Below are positions 1 through 9,276 of a stretch of 64,000 nt of DNA, piece after piece. Position numbers and translations under genes: made by a program. Source of the DNA: Candidatus Thorarchaeota archaeon (GTDB lineage: Archaea > Asgardarchaeota > Thorarchaeia > Thorarchaeales > Thorarchaeaceae); assembly GCA_016839605.1 (NCBI GenBank), contig JAEOTX010000044.1, forward strand, positions 42,171-106,170, in the 5' to 3' direction. Positions within the stretch are counted from its first letter, which is position 1. Each line of letters starts with the position of its first letter. The notes under the pieces are model-generated. The model saw nothing but the letters and a program-made list of their open reading frames with translations, was not told the origin of the DNA and made no database searches.

Positions 1-1317
1 GTTGAAGAGCTAGAAACTCTGCTTTCATTTCAGACGATAAGTGATCCGCTGGATAAGGGAGCAAATCTGGGCTGTGCCCAGTACATTGGTAATCGGCTAG
101 AAGAAGCTGGATTCCTCTCAGAGATTCTGGAGTTCGAAGGATATCACACAGTTTTTGGTCGCTATGGTCAAGGTGAGTTCAAAATCCTATTTCTTGCCCA
201 CTTTGATGTAGTACCAGTAGGAGAAGGATGGGAGTCGGACCCCTTCAAGCTTCGTGTTGATGGTGACGTTGCCTATGGCCGAGGCTCTTCTGACAATAAG
301 GGAAACATTGTTTCTCTCCTTCTTCTAGCAGACAGACTGAAGGAGAGTGCGTATCCGTGCACAGTAATGATTGCGGCAAGTGGGGATGAGGAAATCGGCG
401 GCCGAAATGGCGCCTTCAAGCTCAAGGAACATCTCATCAAGCAGGGCTTGTTTCCTGAGTATGCAGTCATTACTGATGGAGTTGATCAGCAGATTATTCA
501 CCGGCGACGCAACGTATTGCCAACATACATCAAGGCAAAGAAATCCATGGCAAAGCTACGAGGGAGATCTGAAACGATACGCTTCGAGACCGATGTGTTC
601 GGTTCATCCTCACGACATTCTGCATACATGCGGCCTAGTGTGGATCGCCACGCGATGCTTGCTGCATCAAAGTATCTTGATGTGAATCCATACACAGTCG
701 TGAAGGATGTAAGAGGATCCTTCCTGAAATCAAATGTGGTACCTGGATGGATAGAGGTTGACCTCCTCCATCCGGATGACTCGCAACCAGAGTCTGACTA
801 TGATGAGGCATTGACTGGTCTCATGAGGTCACTTCTTCCTGTTTCTCAAGCGGCTTTTCCGACAGAACACTCTGACCGTGGAAAAATCATCTCCCCAAAT
901 CTGCTCTCCCTTGAGAGTGATCTCTGGACCTTGTACTGTGATATTCGTGCTATGACAAATGATGGAGAGGCTGTGGAAAAGGCGATTAATAGAGCATTGG
1001 AGGGGCGAGTTGACCTGTTCTCACTGCGTGTGAGTCCTGGTGTTGGGTATGTCGACACAGACCCTAATTCTCGTTTGATAAGAGCAGCACGTTGGGCACT
1101 TGAGAAGGAGGGAATCCCGCACCGAGTGATAGAGGGATATGGGGCCTCCGACTCTCGCTTCTTTGCTGGTGAGGGGTGTGAACTGTTTGACTTCGGTCCT
1201 CGAGGAGGAAACACTCACGGGCCCAATGAATGGGTATCACTATCATCGATAAAGGAGAATGCACAGTTCTACCACACGCTGATTGATGTGCTCCTGCGGA
1301 AACCCGGTGGAATGTGA
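1..1317 (+). CDS. M20 family metallopeptidase (ArgE/DapE-like), 5'-truncated by window edge
   Basis: Frame +1 is open from base 1. Motifs HFDVVP, YGRGSSDNKG, DEEIGG, GASD and C-terminal HGPNE. Confidence 0.9.
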   Translation, partial: VEELETLLSFQTISDPLDKGANLGCAQYIGNRLEEAGFLSEILEFEGYHTVFGRYGQGEFKILFLAHFDVVPVGEGWESDPFKLRVDGDVAYGRGSSDNKGNIVSLLLLADRLKESAYPCTVMIAASGDEEIGGRNGAFKLKEHLIKQGLFPEYAVITDGVDQQIIHRRRNVLPTYIKAKKSMAKLRGRSETIRFETDVFGSSSRHSAYMRPSVDRHAMLAASKYLDVNPYTVVKDVRGSFLKSNVVPGWIEVDLLHPDDSQPESDYDEALTGLMRSLLPVSQAAFPTEHSDRGKIISPNLLSLESDLWTLYCDIRAMTNDGEAVEKAINRALEGRVDLFSLRVSPGVGYVDTDPNSRLIRAARWALEKEGIPHRVIEGYGASDSRFFAGEGCELFDFGPRGGNTHGPNEWVSLSSIKENAQFYHTLIDVLLRKPGGM

Positions 1318-1350
1318 CTCCTATATTGGAGTCATTTCCTCATCTTGGTG

Positions 1351-4300
1351 TTACGATTCACTTAGAGATATCACTACAACGAGTTTTTCTTCACCAAAGG
1401 TATATTCTTCCTTGAAATCTCCTGTGGGCTTCTTTGTTTGCTTCAAGCTGACTGCCAACGTTTCTTCTGTGATGTATGCTTGATGAAACTCAACAGCCTC
1501 AGCTACTCGCCTGCTTGAGGAATATTGAACTTCTATCCTGTCGCTAACGTTTAGATCGGCTGACTTACGTACATCTTGAACTCTTCTAACGAATTCACGT
1601 GCTAATCCTTCTAGCCTAAGCTCATGTGTTATTTCAGTGGTCAAGGCAGCCAGATACCCTCCCTCTGAAGCTGTCGAAAAGCCCTCCTTGGCTTCAACAA
1701 TCACCTCGACTTCATCAGGCAGTATATCGAACTTCTCACCGTTCACCTTTACTTCTACAGATTTGCCATCCTGAAGTTGAGTTGAAGCTTCACGTGGATC
1801 TAGACTCAGTATCGCGTTTCTAAGTACAGGGAACTTGGCACCGTATTTTTGACCGAGTTGCTTAGGCAGTGGTTTGAGCTGATAGCTTACTACTTCTGCA
1901 GCAACATCCAGTAGTCGTACATTCTTAACATTCAATTCGTCGCCAATCAACTCTGCATAGCGGTCCACAACATCTCGTTCTTTGTCTAATCCAACAGCAA
2001 ATGCGATTTCAGATAGTGGTTGACGGAGCTTACGATTTGCTTTATTTCTAGCCGCATGACCCAGCGATACTAGTCGGAGCACTATGGCCATCTCATTATT
2101 TAGCCTCTCGTCTATTGAATCACTCACAGGCCAATCACAATGATGAATGCTCTCAGGTGCTCCTGAATCGACATTTCGGGTTAGATTCTGGTGCATCACT
2201 TCCGATACAAATGGAACAAATGGTGCAAGCAATCTAGAGAGATTTACCAAGACTCGATATGATGTGTCATAGGCTGCATTCTTATCGGCATCAACTTCGT
2301 CACTAGCACCAGCTTCAGCCCAAAAGCGGCGACGACTTCGCCGCAGATACCAATTGCTGAGGTGATCTATGAAGCGTGCTATCGAAGCAGTTGCCATATT
2401 CGGCTCATACGATTCCAAATAGTCTGTGACTTCACGATTGACTTCATTCATCCTTGAGAGTATCCAACTGTCTAACAGGCTTTGAGAGAGTTTCACATTA
2501 TCTCTAGGAACCCATCCATCAATGAGAGCATATGTGACAAAGAATGAATAGACATTCCAGAGTGGAATGAGGAAATGCCGCCGTGCCTCGTCACCGAGAG
2601 AGTACCCAAAGGCAAGGTCCTTCTCAGGTCTGTGAGTACAAAAGACCCAACGCATTACATCTACCCCCATTAAGTCAGCGGCTTCGTTAAATTCAACCAT
2701 ATTGCCCCACGATTTGTGCATCTCTCTTCCATCCTCACCAGTCAACATGGCATAGGTGAAGACATTTCTAAATGGTGCTCTTCGTTCAAGGATTGTGCTC
2801 ATTGCTAGCAGGCTATAGAACCAGTTTCTAAACTGTCCTGGAAAGCTCTCGCTGATTAGTTCTGCAGGAAACCACTTGTTCCAATACTCTCTATCAGAGT
2901 TGTACCTCATTGTACTCAATGAAACTATCCCAGCATCTAGCCAAGGATTTCCGACATCTGGTATTCGCTTCATTCTCTGGCCGCATTCACTGCACTCAAT
3001 CTCAATCTCATCAATAAACGGTCGATGAGGTGAATGACCTTCGAACACATCCCATCCAGTAAGAGCACGATTTTGCAGTTCCTCTCTGCCACCAATCACA
3101 TCAAAATGCCCGCAGTTGGAACACTCCCATATGGGTAATGCAAGTCCCCAATATCGTTTCTTGGAAATCATCCAGTCATCCATATTTCGTAGCCAATCTA
3201 GCTCCCTCTCTTTTCCGAAGGACGGGTACCAGTTGGTTTCGTTAGTAACAACTTCCATGATTTGGTAACGTAGATTGCTTTCTTTTTGATCACCTGTGAC
3301 CTCTTCATAGGGAATATCGAGTTTGGTTCCCATTGAGATGAACCACTCATCAACCAGGCGAAAGACCAATTCCTCTTGGCAACGCCAGCATACAGGATAT
3401 CTGTGAGTGTAGTCCTCTACCTTGTAAGTCAATTCTTTCTTGGTCAGATTATCAAAGATTGGTTGAGCGACCGCACTCACATTCATGCCTGACAACCAAT
3501 CGAATCCGTCAATGAAGATGCCATTCTCAGTAAGCGGCGCGATCGCAACAAGATCAAGTTCTTTGGAGAGCTGGAAGTCTTCTGCTCCGCATCCAGGCGC
3601 AATATGTACAATTCCAGTACCTTCCACTTCTCCTACTTCATCCCACAGTATCACCTTGTGCTTCCCAGCTACTCCACTCTCTTTCTGAGCTGGGAGTTCG
3701 TCAAAGGGACCATGATAGACCCATCCCTCCATATCAAAGCCAACTATCTCTTCCACTACTTCGTAATCACCTTTCAGCATGTGTAGAGTTCCACGACTCA
3801 AGTAGAATGATTCTTCACCTTGACGCACTTTGACATAGGCCAGTTCTGGGCCGACTGCTGCAGCAACATTGCTGCTTAGAGTCCAGGGCGTTGTTGTCCA
3901 TACAAGAAGACTCTCTCCAGGACGATCGACAAGTGGAAATCTCAACGTGATGCTTGGATGGGTTAGCTCCCGGTAGCCCTCAGTAACTATCTCATGTTGA
4001 CTGATGGCTGTTCCACAACGAGCACACCACGGCATAACATCTCGACCTTTGTTTACCCACCCTCTATCATGACATGACTTCAGCATAGACCAGATAGTAT
4101 AGTTATTCTCATCAGAAAATGTGAAGTATGATCCGCCGACCTCTGGTGTACCTAGTCTACCAACGAGCTGCTCAGCAGATCCTGTAACTGGGCCATCTAC
4201 ACCATCGATTGTCATTATTGCTAAAGGGTCATTGCCCAGAGCATCGTGCAATTTCTGAAGATTCTCTAAATTATCCCATTCCATCCAGTAACCCAGGCGT

Positions 4301-4722
4301 ATACTCTGCTTTGTCTGAACTGCAGCATATTGCAGAACACGTTGTTTACATAATATGATGAATTTCTCAAGTCCGTATTCCTCTATGTCTGGCTTGCCCT
4401 TGAAACCCATGTCTCGCTCAACGTTGACCTCGACCCAGAGGCCTTGGCAGTCAAAGCCATTCTGATAGCGCGTCTGATATCCCTGCATGGCCTTGAAACG
4501 ATGATACAGATCTTTGTACGTTCGTCCCCACCCATGATGAACTCCCATAGGATTGTTGGCAGTGATGGGACCATCAAGAAAAGACCATATCGGTCCTTTT
4601 GCCCTGAGTCTTCTCAGCTTATCAAATATCTGCTCATCCTCCCAAAACTTGAGCATATCTTTCTCCTGAGCAACGAAATCAACTTGACTAGGTACTGGTT
4701 TGAACACTTCCATCACCCACAT
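1351..4722 (-). CDS. ileS: Isoleucine--tRNA ligase (type 2 IleRS) with non-canonical GVHH signature
   Basis: FLDGPITAN-x2-MGVHH (HIGH site), GFDCQGLWVE, WTTTPWTL editing domain, GTGIVHIAPG, DWMISKKRYWG, EMHKS (KMSKS site). Start could also be 4713. Confidence 0.95.
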   Translation of the reverse strand: MWVMEVFKPVPSQVDFVAQEKDMLKFWEDEQIFDKLRRLRAKGPIWSFLDGPITANNPMGVHHGWGRTYKDLYHRFKAMQGYQTRYQNGFDCQGLWVEVNVERDMGFKGKPDIEEYGLEKFIILCKQRVLQYAAVQTKQSIRLGYWMEWDNLENLQKLHDALGNDPLAIMTIDGVDGPVTGSAEQLVGRLGTPEVGGSYFTFSDENNYTIWSMLKSCHDRGWVNKGRDVMPWCARCGTAISQHEIVTEGYRELTHPSITLRFPLVDRPGESLLVWTTTPWTLSSNVAAAVGPELAYVKVRQGEESFYLSRGTLHMLKGDYEVVEEIVGFDMEGWVYHGPFDELPAQKESGVAGKHKVILWDEVGEVEGTGIVHIAPGCGAEDFQLSKELDLVAIAPLTENGIFIDGFDWLSGMNVSAVAQPIFDNLTKKELTYKVEDYTHRYPVCWRCQEELVFRLVDEWFISMGTKLDIPYEEVTGDQKESNLRYQIMEVVTNETNWYPSFGKERELDWLRNMDDWMISKKRYWGLALPIWECSNCGHFDVIGGREELQNRALTGWDVFEGHSPHRPFIDEIEIECSECGQRMKRIPDVGNPWLDAGIVSLSTMRYNSDREYWNKWFPAELISESFPGQFRNWFYSLLAMSTILERRAPFRNVFTYAMLTGEDGREMHKSWGNMVEFNEAADLMGVDVMRWVFCTHRPEKDLAFGYSLGDEARRHFLIPLWNVYSFFVTYALIDGWVPRDNVKLSQSLLDSWILSRMNEVNREVTDYLESYEPNMATASIARFIDHLSNWYLRRSRRRFWAEAGASDEVDADKNAAYDTSYRVLVNLSRLLAPFVPFVSEVMHQNLTRNVDSGAPESIHHCDWPVSDSIDERLNNEMAIVLRLVSLGHAARNKANRKLRQPLSEIAFAVGLDKERDVVDRYAELIGDELNVKNVRLLDVAAEVVSYQLKPLPKQLGQKYGAKFPVLRNAILSLDPREASTQLQDGKSVEVKVNGEKFDILPDEVEVIVEAKEGFSTASEGGYLAALTTEITHELRLEGLAREFVRRVQDVRKSADLNVSDRIEVQYSSSRRVAEAVEFHQAYITEETLAVSLKQTKKPTGDFKEEYTFGEEKLVVVISLSES

Positions 4723-5013
4723 TGGTATAGATAATCTCTGCAGCTCTCAAGTGCAGCACTGTTTTGAATATACTTGAAAAATCGAACAGGTTTGTAATCT
4801 GAGAATGGACTACAATGATTTTCACATGAACTAGTGAATTTGGCAATCCATCCTTTTCCACCTATTGTACTCTTTTCAGCATCTGACTCCGTTAAAAAGC
4901 TTAGGCTAATATGACTTGACCCTTCATTGAGTTCACTTGAAACGACCAAGACTTAATTGTCACCTACGAAGAAAGGGTTGCTGTAATCATGAACCTGAAG
5001 GTGAATTGAGGAA

Positions 5014-5682
5014 ATGAGTTCTCTTGAGGACAGACCATTAGACAAACTAGCAGACACCATTCTGAATGTCCTGTGGCAAGACCTTCTTGAGGTCTGGGGT
5101 ATCATTCGAAAGAAGATGGACACAGAGGGAGAAGAGGCCGTTCGAAAGGCGTTCGAAGATGCTACCGGTCGATTCCTTCAGGGACCCTTTGCGGATCATT
5201 TGGAAGTCCGTTGGGGAATGGATCTTTGCGTTCATTGCAACGACAACAACATTGAGAAGAATGGTATTGCCTACGTGAAACCAACTGGAGATGGTCTCGA
5301 GTTCAATCAGTGCCTGAACTGCCAAGTCGGGATTCTCTATGACCTCGAGTCAGCAAAGGCGAAAATGGACAGCTACAATATCGCACTCGGAAAACCTGGG
5401 CAATTCAATGGTATGTCTTTCTACTGGAATGGGATTGTGCCAGACGCGTTGAAGAAATTCCAACCCTCGTACGAAGTCATCCACAATGGACAATGGCTTG
5501 GTACAGTGTCCTTTGACAAATCTCTTACTCCCAAATTTCTCTCTTTTGACGTGATGACTGAGACTACCGCTCGCGATGCTGAAGAGCCATGGACTGCAGA
5601 GATTCCTGCTGACTTGAGAGCCGCCATCGATGCATTTCTCGAAGCAGCTCGTCATCAAGTCGAGGTTGCTCTTATCCTCTGA
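5014..5682 (+). CDS. Hypothetical protein with CxxC...CxxC (possible Zn ribbon)
   Basis: 222-aa ORF with GAGG SD-like sequence upstream. Contains CVHC and CLNC. Confidence 0.7.
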   Translation: MSSLEDRPLDKLADTILNVLWQDLLEVWGIIRKKMDTEGEEAVRKAFEDATGRFLQGPFADHLEVRWGMDLCVHCNDNNIEKNGIAYVKPTGDGLEFNQCLNCQVGILYDLESAKAKMDSYNIALGKPGQFNGMSFYWNGIVPDALKKFQPSYEVIHNGQWLGTVSFDKSLTPKFLSFDVMTETTARDAEEPWTAEIPADLRAAIDAFLEAARHQVEVALIL

Positions 5683-5691
5683 ACTGAGTAC

Positions 5692-6006
5692 TTGGTGGTG
5701 CTTTTGCCAGAAAAGCTAGTTCGAGATAGGATTCCTGAGATCATCAGACAAGATGGTGGGGAACCACGAGTTCGTGTTGTATCTGGAACTGAACTTGACA
5801 AGCTCATCAGATTGAAAATAGTTGAAGAAGCCCAAGAACTGTTGACTTCAGGGGAAGATGAAGAAATCGCAGATATTCTTGAAGCATTGGAGGCTCTCCT
5901 AGTTCACCGTTCTATTGATCGAGCAGCAATAGACGACGCACGGCTGAGGAAACGTGAGGAAAGAGGCGGTTTTGAGAAGGGGTTCGTTCTGGAAACGTCA
6001 GAATGA
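5692..6006 (+). CDS. MazG-like / PRA-PH-like nucleoside triphosphate pyrophosphohydrolase
   Basis: KLVRDRIPEII, LKIVEEAQE, EEIADILE, KREERGGF motifs. Confidence 0.85.
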   Translation: MVVLLPEKLVRDRIPEIIRQDGGEPRVRVVSGTELDKLIRLKIVEEAQELLTSGEDEEIADILEALEALLVHRSIDRAAIDDARLRKREERGGFEKGFVLETSE

Positions 6007-6129
6007 CATACCCCTTTTCATACTCGGAAGTTTCGGACAAAGGTTATATTGCAAGAATCTCGCAGCCAGCTCTAGAATACCACCCTGTTTAGTGGTGGTT
6101 CCATATGGTGATTATGGAGAGGAAGAATT

Positions 6130-7788
6130 TTGGCAACTGATGATGTTAAACCTGTACCAGAGAAGCCAGTACCAGAGCAGCCGATTACTCATGAGCAATC
6201 CGGAGGCTATGACCGATTCAAAGTAGAGAAGTACCCTCCGAGAGATCTGCCCTATACAACTCAGTCGATATGTCCCGACCATCTCTTAGACAATGACGAG
6301 GTCCATGTGATTGATGCGACCCTCTATGAGGAAGATGGCAAAGTGATGTACAAGAAGACATGCGAAACTCATGGTGAGTTCATTGATGTTTACTGGGGTG
6401 ACGCTGAGATGTTTAAGAAGGCCTCGAACTGGTGGTACAAATCCGTAGGTCTAGATAACCCCCGAACTGAGACCGTTAAGGGCTGTCCTGAGGATTGTGG
6501 ACAGTGTCCAGAGCACAAGTCCCACACTGCTCTAGCACTACTTGATGTTACTAACCGCTGCAACCTACGCTGTCCGATATGCTTTGCAGTCGCAGCTGAA
6601 GGTGGCAATGTATTTGAGCCTGAACCAGAGGAGGTACTTGAGATGTTGAAGAACCTCCGCCGAAATGAACCTGTTCCAGCACCAGCGATCCAGTTTGCTG
6701 GTGGAGAGCCCACTGTGACCAAACATCTTCCGCAGTACATCAAGTGGGCCAAGGAGGTCGGCTTCAGGCATGTGCAGATTGCAAGCAACGCCATCCGAAT
6801 TGGCAAGAGCAAGGAGTACCTACAGGAGCTATGTGACGCAGGACTGTCAACCATATACATGCAGTTTGATGGAGTGACCCCTGAACCCTATATTGCAGCC
6901 AGGAACACTAACCTTCTTCCTGTAAAGTTGCAAGCAATTCAAAACGCACGAGAAGTCGGAATGGAGTCACTCGTACTAGTGCCCACAGTAGTACGCGGAG
7001 TGAATGATGACCAAGTTGGCAAGATTGTGGAGTTTGCAGTGGAGAACAATGATGTTATTCGCTGTGTCAACTTCCAGCCAGTCAGCATCACAGGTCGAAT
7101 TGACTACGAAGCAAGGAAGGAGATGCGAATCACAATTCCTGATGTCATCCATCTGATTGAAGAACAGACAGGTGGAAAGATTCCAGCAACTGAGTGGTTC
7201 CCGGTCCCAGCAATGATGCCTGTAGGCCGTGCGCTTGGTCTGATGAAGGATAATCCCCAATTGGAGCTCAGCACTCACTTTGCATGTGGAATGTCTACTT
7301 TCATCTGGATCAACGATGATGGTGACTACGAGCCAATCACAAATCTGATTGAAGTCGGTAAGTTCATCGAGCTACTAGAGGACATCTCAAATCTCTACGC
7401 CGAGCAAAAGAGAGGTGCTGGTGCTCGTGCTAAAGCAAAACTTGCGGCTGGTGCACGTCACATCAAAAGGAAAGGAATCCTCAAAGATCTTCTTAGCGCA
7501 TTCTTGAACCGCGGAGACTACGAATCTCTCGCCAAGTTCATGCGACGCGTCATTATGATTGGAATGATGCACTTCCAAGATCCCTTCAATTTTGACTTGG
7601 AACGCGTTCAGCACTGTGATGTGAACTATGCAGTTCCTGACGGAAGAATAATCCCATTCTGCACCATGAACACAATACACAGGTCAAGGGTCGAGGATAA
7701 ATTCTCTATGCCTGTCAAGGATTGGCGCGCAAAGCACAAGCCAACTCAGGTCGAAGAGGACAGTATCTCAAAGCCTTTCGAGGCATAG
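6130..7788 (+). CDS. tes: Tetraether lipid synthase (Tes / GDGT-MAS, MJ0619-family radical SAM)
   Basis: KKTCETHGEFIDVYWGD, CPEDCGQCPEH, DVTNRCNLRCPICFA (CxxxCxxC), QFAGGEPT, NFQPVS, MHFQDPFNFD, IIPFCTMN. Order and spacing match the MJ0619 family as I recall it. Confidence 0.88.
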   Translation: MATDDVKPVPEKPVPEQPITHEQSGGYDRFKVEKYPPRDLPYTTQSICPDHLLDNDEVHVIDATLYEEDGKVMYKKTCETHGEFIDVYWGDAEMFKKASNWWYKSVGLDNPRTETVKGCPEDCGQCPEHKSHTALALLDVTNRCNLRCPICFAVAAEGGNVFEPEPEEVLEMLKNLRRNEPVPAPAIQFAGGEPTVTKHLPQYIKWAKEVGFRHVQIASNAIRIGKSKEYLQELCDAGLSTIYMQFDGVTPEPYIAARNTNLLPVKLQAIQNAREVGMESLVLVPTVVRGVNDDQVGKIVEFAVENNDVIRCVNFQPVSITGRIDYEARKEMRITIPDVIHLIEEQTGGKIPATEWFPVPAMMPVGRALGLMKDNPQLELSTHFACGMSTFIWINDDGDYEPITNLIEVGKFIELLEDISNLYAEQKRGAGARAKAKLAAGARHIKRKGILKDLLSAFLNRGDYESLAKFMRRVIMIGMMHFQDPFNFDLERVQHCDVNYAVPDGRIIPFCTMNTIHRSRVEDKFSMPVKDWRAKHKPTQVEEDSISKPFEA

Positions 7789-7796
7789 TCCCCCTA

Positions 7797-7833
7797 GGAT
7801 GAAGGAGCTCTGCTCCTCATCCCTCTCTTTCTC
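7797..7833 (+). terminator. Hairpin plus pyrimidine tract after tes
   Basis: GGATGA-A-GGAGC-TCT-GCTCC-TCATCC followed by CTCTCTTTCTC, starting 8 nt after the stop codon. Confidence 0.55.
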
Positions 7834-8044
7834 ATCATGACTTTAAGAAAGCCGCATTTTCCTGTTTTCAACCAATCTCTTAAAGTTTGATACTGCCTTC
7901 ATTTGGAATATTCTCATCCAGTTTGTTATGAAAGAGAATGAATGGACAGCAAACAACGCATAGGCGCGCTTTGCTCCTGTCCCGAAATACGACGTCTGAG
8001 AGCACTTTAACAACACTTTAAGCAGATGACGTACCTGACTGCCA

Positions 8045-8060
8045 TAACTTTAATAAGTTA
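8045..8060 (+). promoter_or_regulatory. TATA box (TTTAATAA 8049-8056) inside inverted repeat TAACTT-TAAT-AAGTTA
   Basis: Lies at about -32 to -25 relative to the GC-rich structured element starting at 8081, which is archaeal TATA spacing. Confidence 0.5.
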
Positions 8061-8080
8061 GCTCTGCCCTCAACTTTGAA

Positions 8081-8210
8081 GGCGGTGGGATTGCGGGACA
8101 TGTCCATCGCTAAAGAGAATGCAAGGCGAGCATGTGGGCTAGTTTTTCGTTACATGCCCTCAATTACGAAACTCCCCCCTCCTACCACGATTTCCCGCGT
8201 GCTCGTCACC
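8081..8210 (+). ncRNA. Putative structured small RNA, family unknown
   Basis: 5' GGCGGTGGGATTGCGGGA pairs with 3' TCCCGCGTGCTCGTCACC (15/18 pairs including G-U). Two internal hairpins, upstream TATA, downstream TTTTACTTTT tract. Confidence 0.5.
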
Positions 8211-8282
8211 TTTTACTTTTCTAATCCTCCAAGAGCTGTCAGATAAAATCCTTAATTAGCGCCCGAACCTTTTCGATGTCGG

Positions 8283-9206
8283 ATGTTCAGCATGAATCAG
8301 CGGCGAGAACTCAAGTTACTTCAGGTTGATGTTTTTACAGACACGCCCTATGGCGGGAATCCTGCGGCAGTCATTCTTGCTCCCGAGAGTCTGAAAGAGA
8401 ATGAGATGGCGAAGATTGCGCAGGAGATGAATGTTCGAGAGACCGTCTTCGTCTTGAAATCAAAAGTGGCTGACCACCGTTTCATATTCATTACTTCTAG
8501 AGGTGAGATTGATTTCTCAGGACATGCAACAATCGCAGCAATTCATGCACTCATTCATGAGGGTCTCGTGGAGATATACAGGGACGAGACTATGGTGAGC
8601 ATTGAGACCAACGCTGGTTTACTGCAGGCTGACATTGTCAAAAATGACACAACACGACTCCACGAAGTACAGATCACGCATCAGAAACCACAATTTCTTG
8701 ACACATACGACCCAAATGACTTCAACGAGGCTCTAGGAATCACTCTAGCTGATATAGACCGCTTAGTGCCAATGCAGACTGTAACTACAGGAATTCCCAT
8801 TCTGGTTGTACCACTCTCCACATTGAAAGCTTTTGAGAAAGTTGTATGTGATTTGAATAGATTGGTTGAACTCCAAAAGGGCTCTGATTTTAGTTCTCTC
8901 TGTGTCTTTACAAGAGCGACCCATGATGAGACTTCTGACGCTCAAGTCCGGCATTTTGCTCCCTCCCTTGGCGTGAACGAAGATGCAGTAAGTGGTGCTG
9001 CAGCTGCATGTGTGGCTAGTTATATGATCCGATATGGAATTATAGACGATACTCTAGGAGTCGCGAGTATTGTTGTCGAACAAGGCCACGCAGTTGGACG
9101 ACCGGGAAAGAGCTTCGTCGAGGTTCGAGGAGACAAAGAGAATATCGAGCTTGTGAAGGTGAGCGGAACGGGTATTGTGATTATGAAAGGGACGCTTTAC
9201 ATCTAG
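8283..9206 (+). CDS. PhzF family epimerase/isomerase
   Basis: QVDVFTD...GGNPAAV, ETVFV, EIDFSGHATIA, EDAVSGAA, EQG...GRPG. Confidence 0.9.
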   Translation: MFSMNQRRELKLLQVDVFTDTPYGGNPAAVILAPESLKENEMAKIAQEMNVRETVFVLKSKVADHRFIFITSRGEIDFSGHATIAAIHALIHEGLVEIYRDETMVSIETNAGLLQADIVKNDTTRLHEVQITHQKPQFLDTYDPNDFNEALGITLADIDRLVPMQTVTTGIPILVVPLSTLKAFEKVVCDLNRLVELQKGSDFSSLCVFTRATHDETSDAQVRHFAPSLGVNEDAVSGAAAACVASYMIRYGIIDDTLGVASIVVEQGHAVGRPGKSFVEVRGDKENIELVKVSGTGIVIMKGTLYI

Positions 9207-9276
9207 TCGGTGCCGTTACTGCTCTTCTCCAAAGCCTTATCTTAGCTGTGCTTTGGTTTCTGCTTAGTGAAAATCC

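Noticed and set aside
8081-8210. 5S rRNA, tRNA or SRP RNA identity for the structured element
   Set aside because: It lacks the 5S CCGAAC loop, the tRNA T-loop and anticodon arms, and SRP helix 8 motifs. Kept as an unknown ncRNA.
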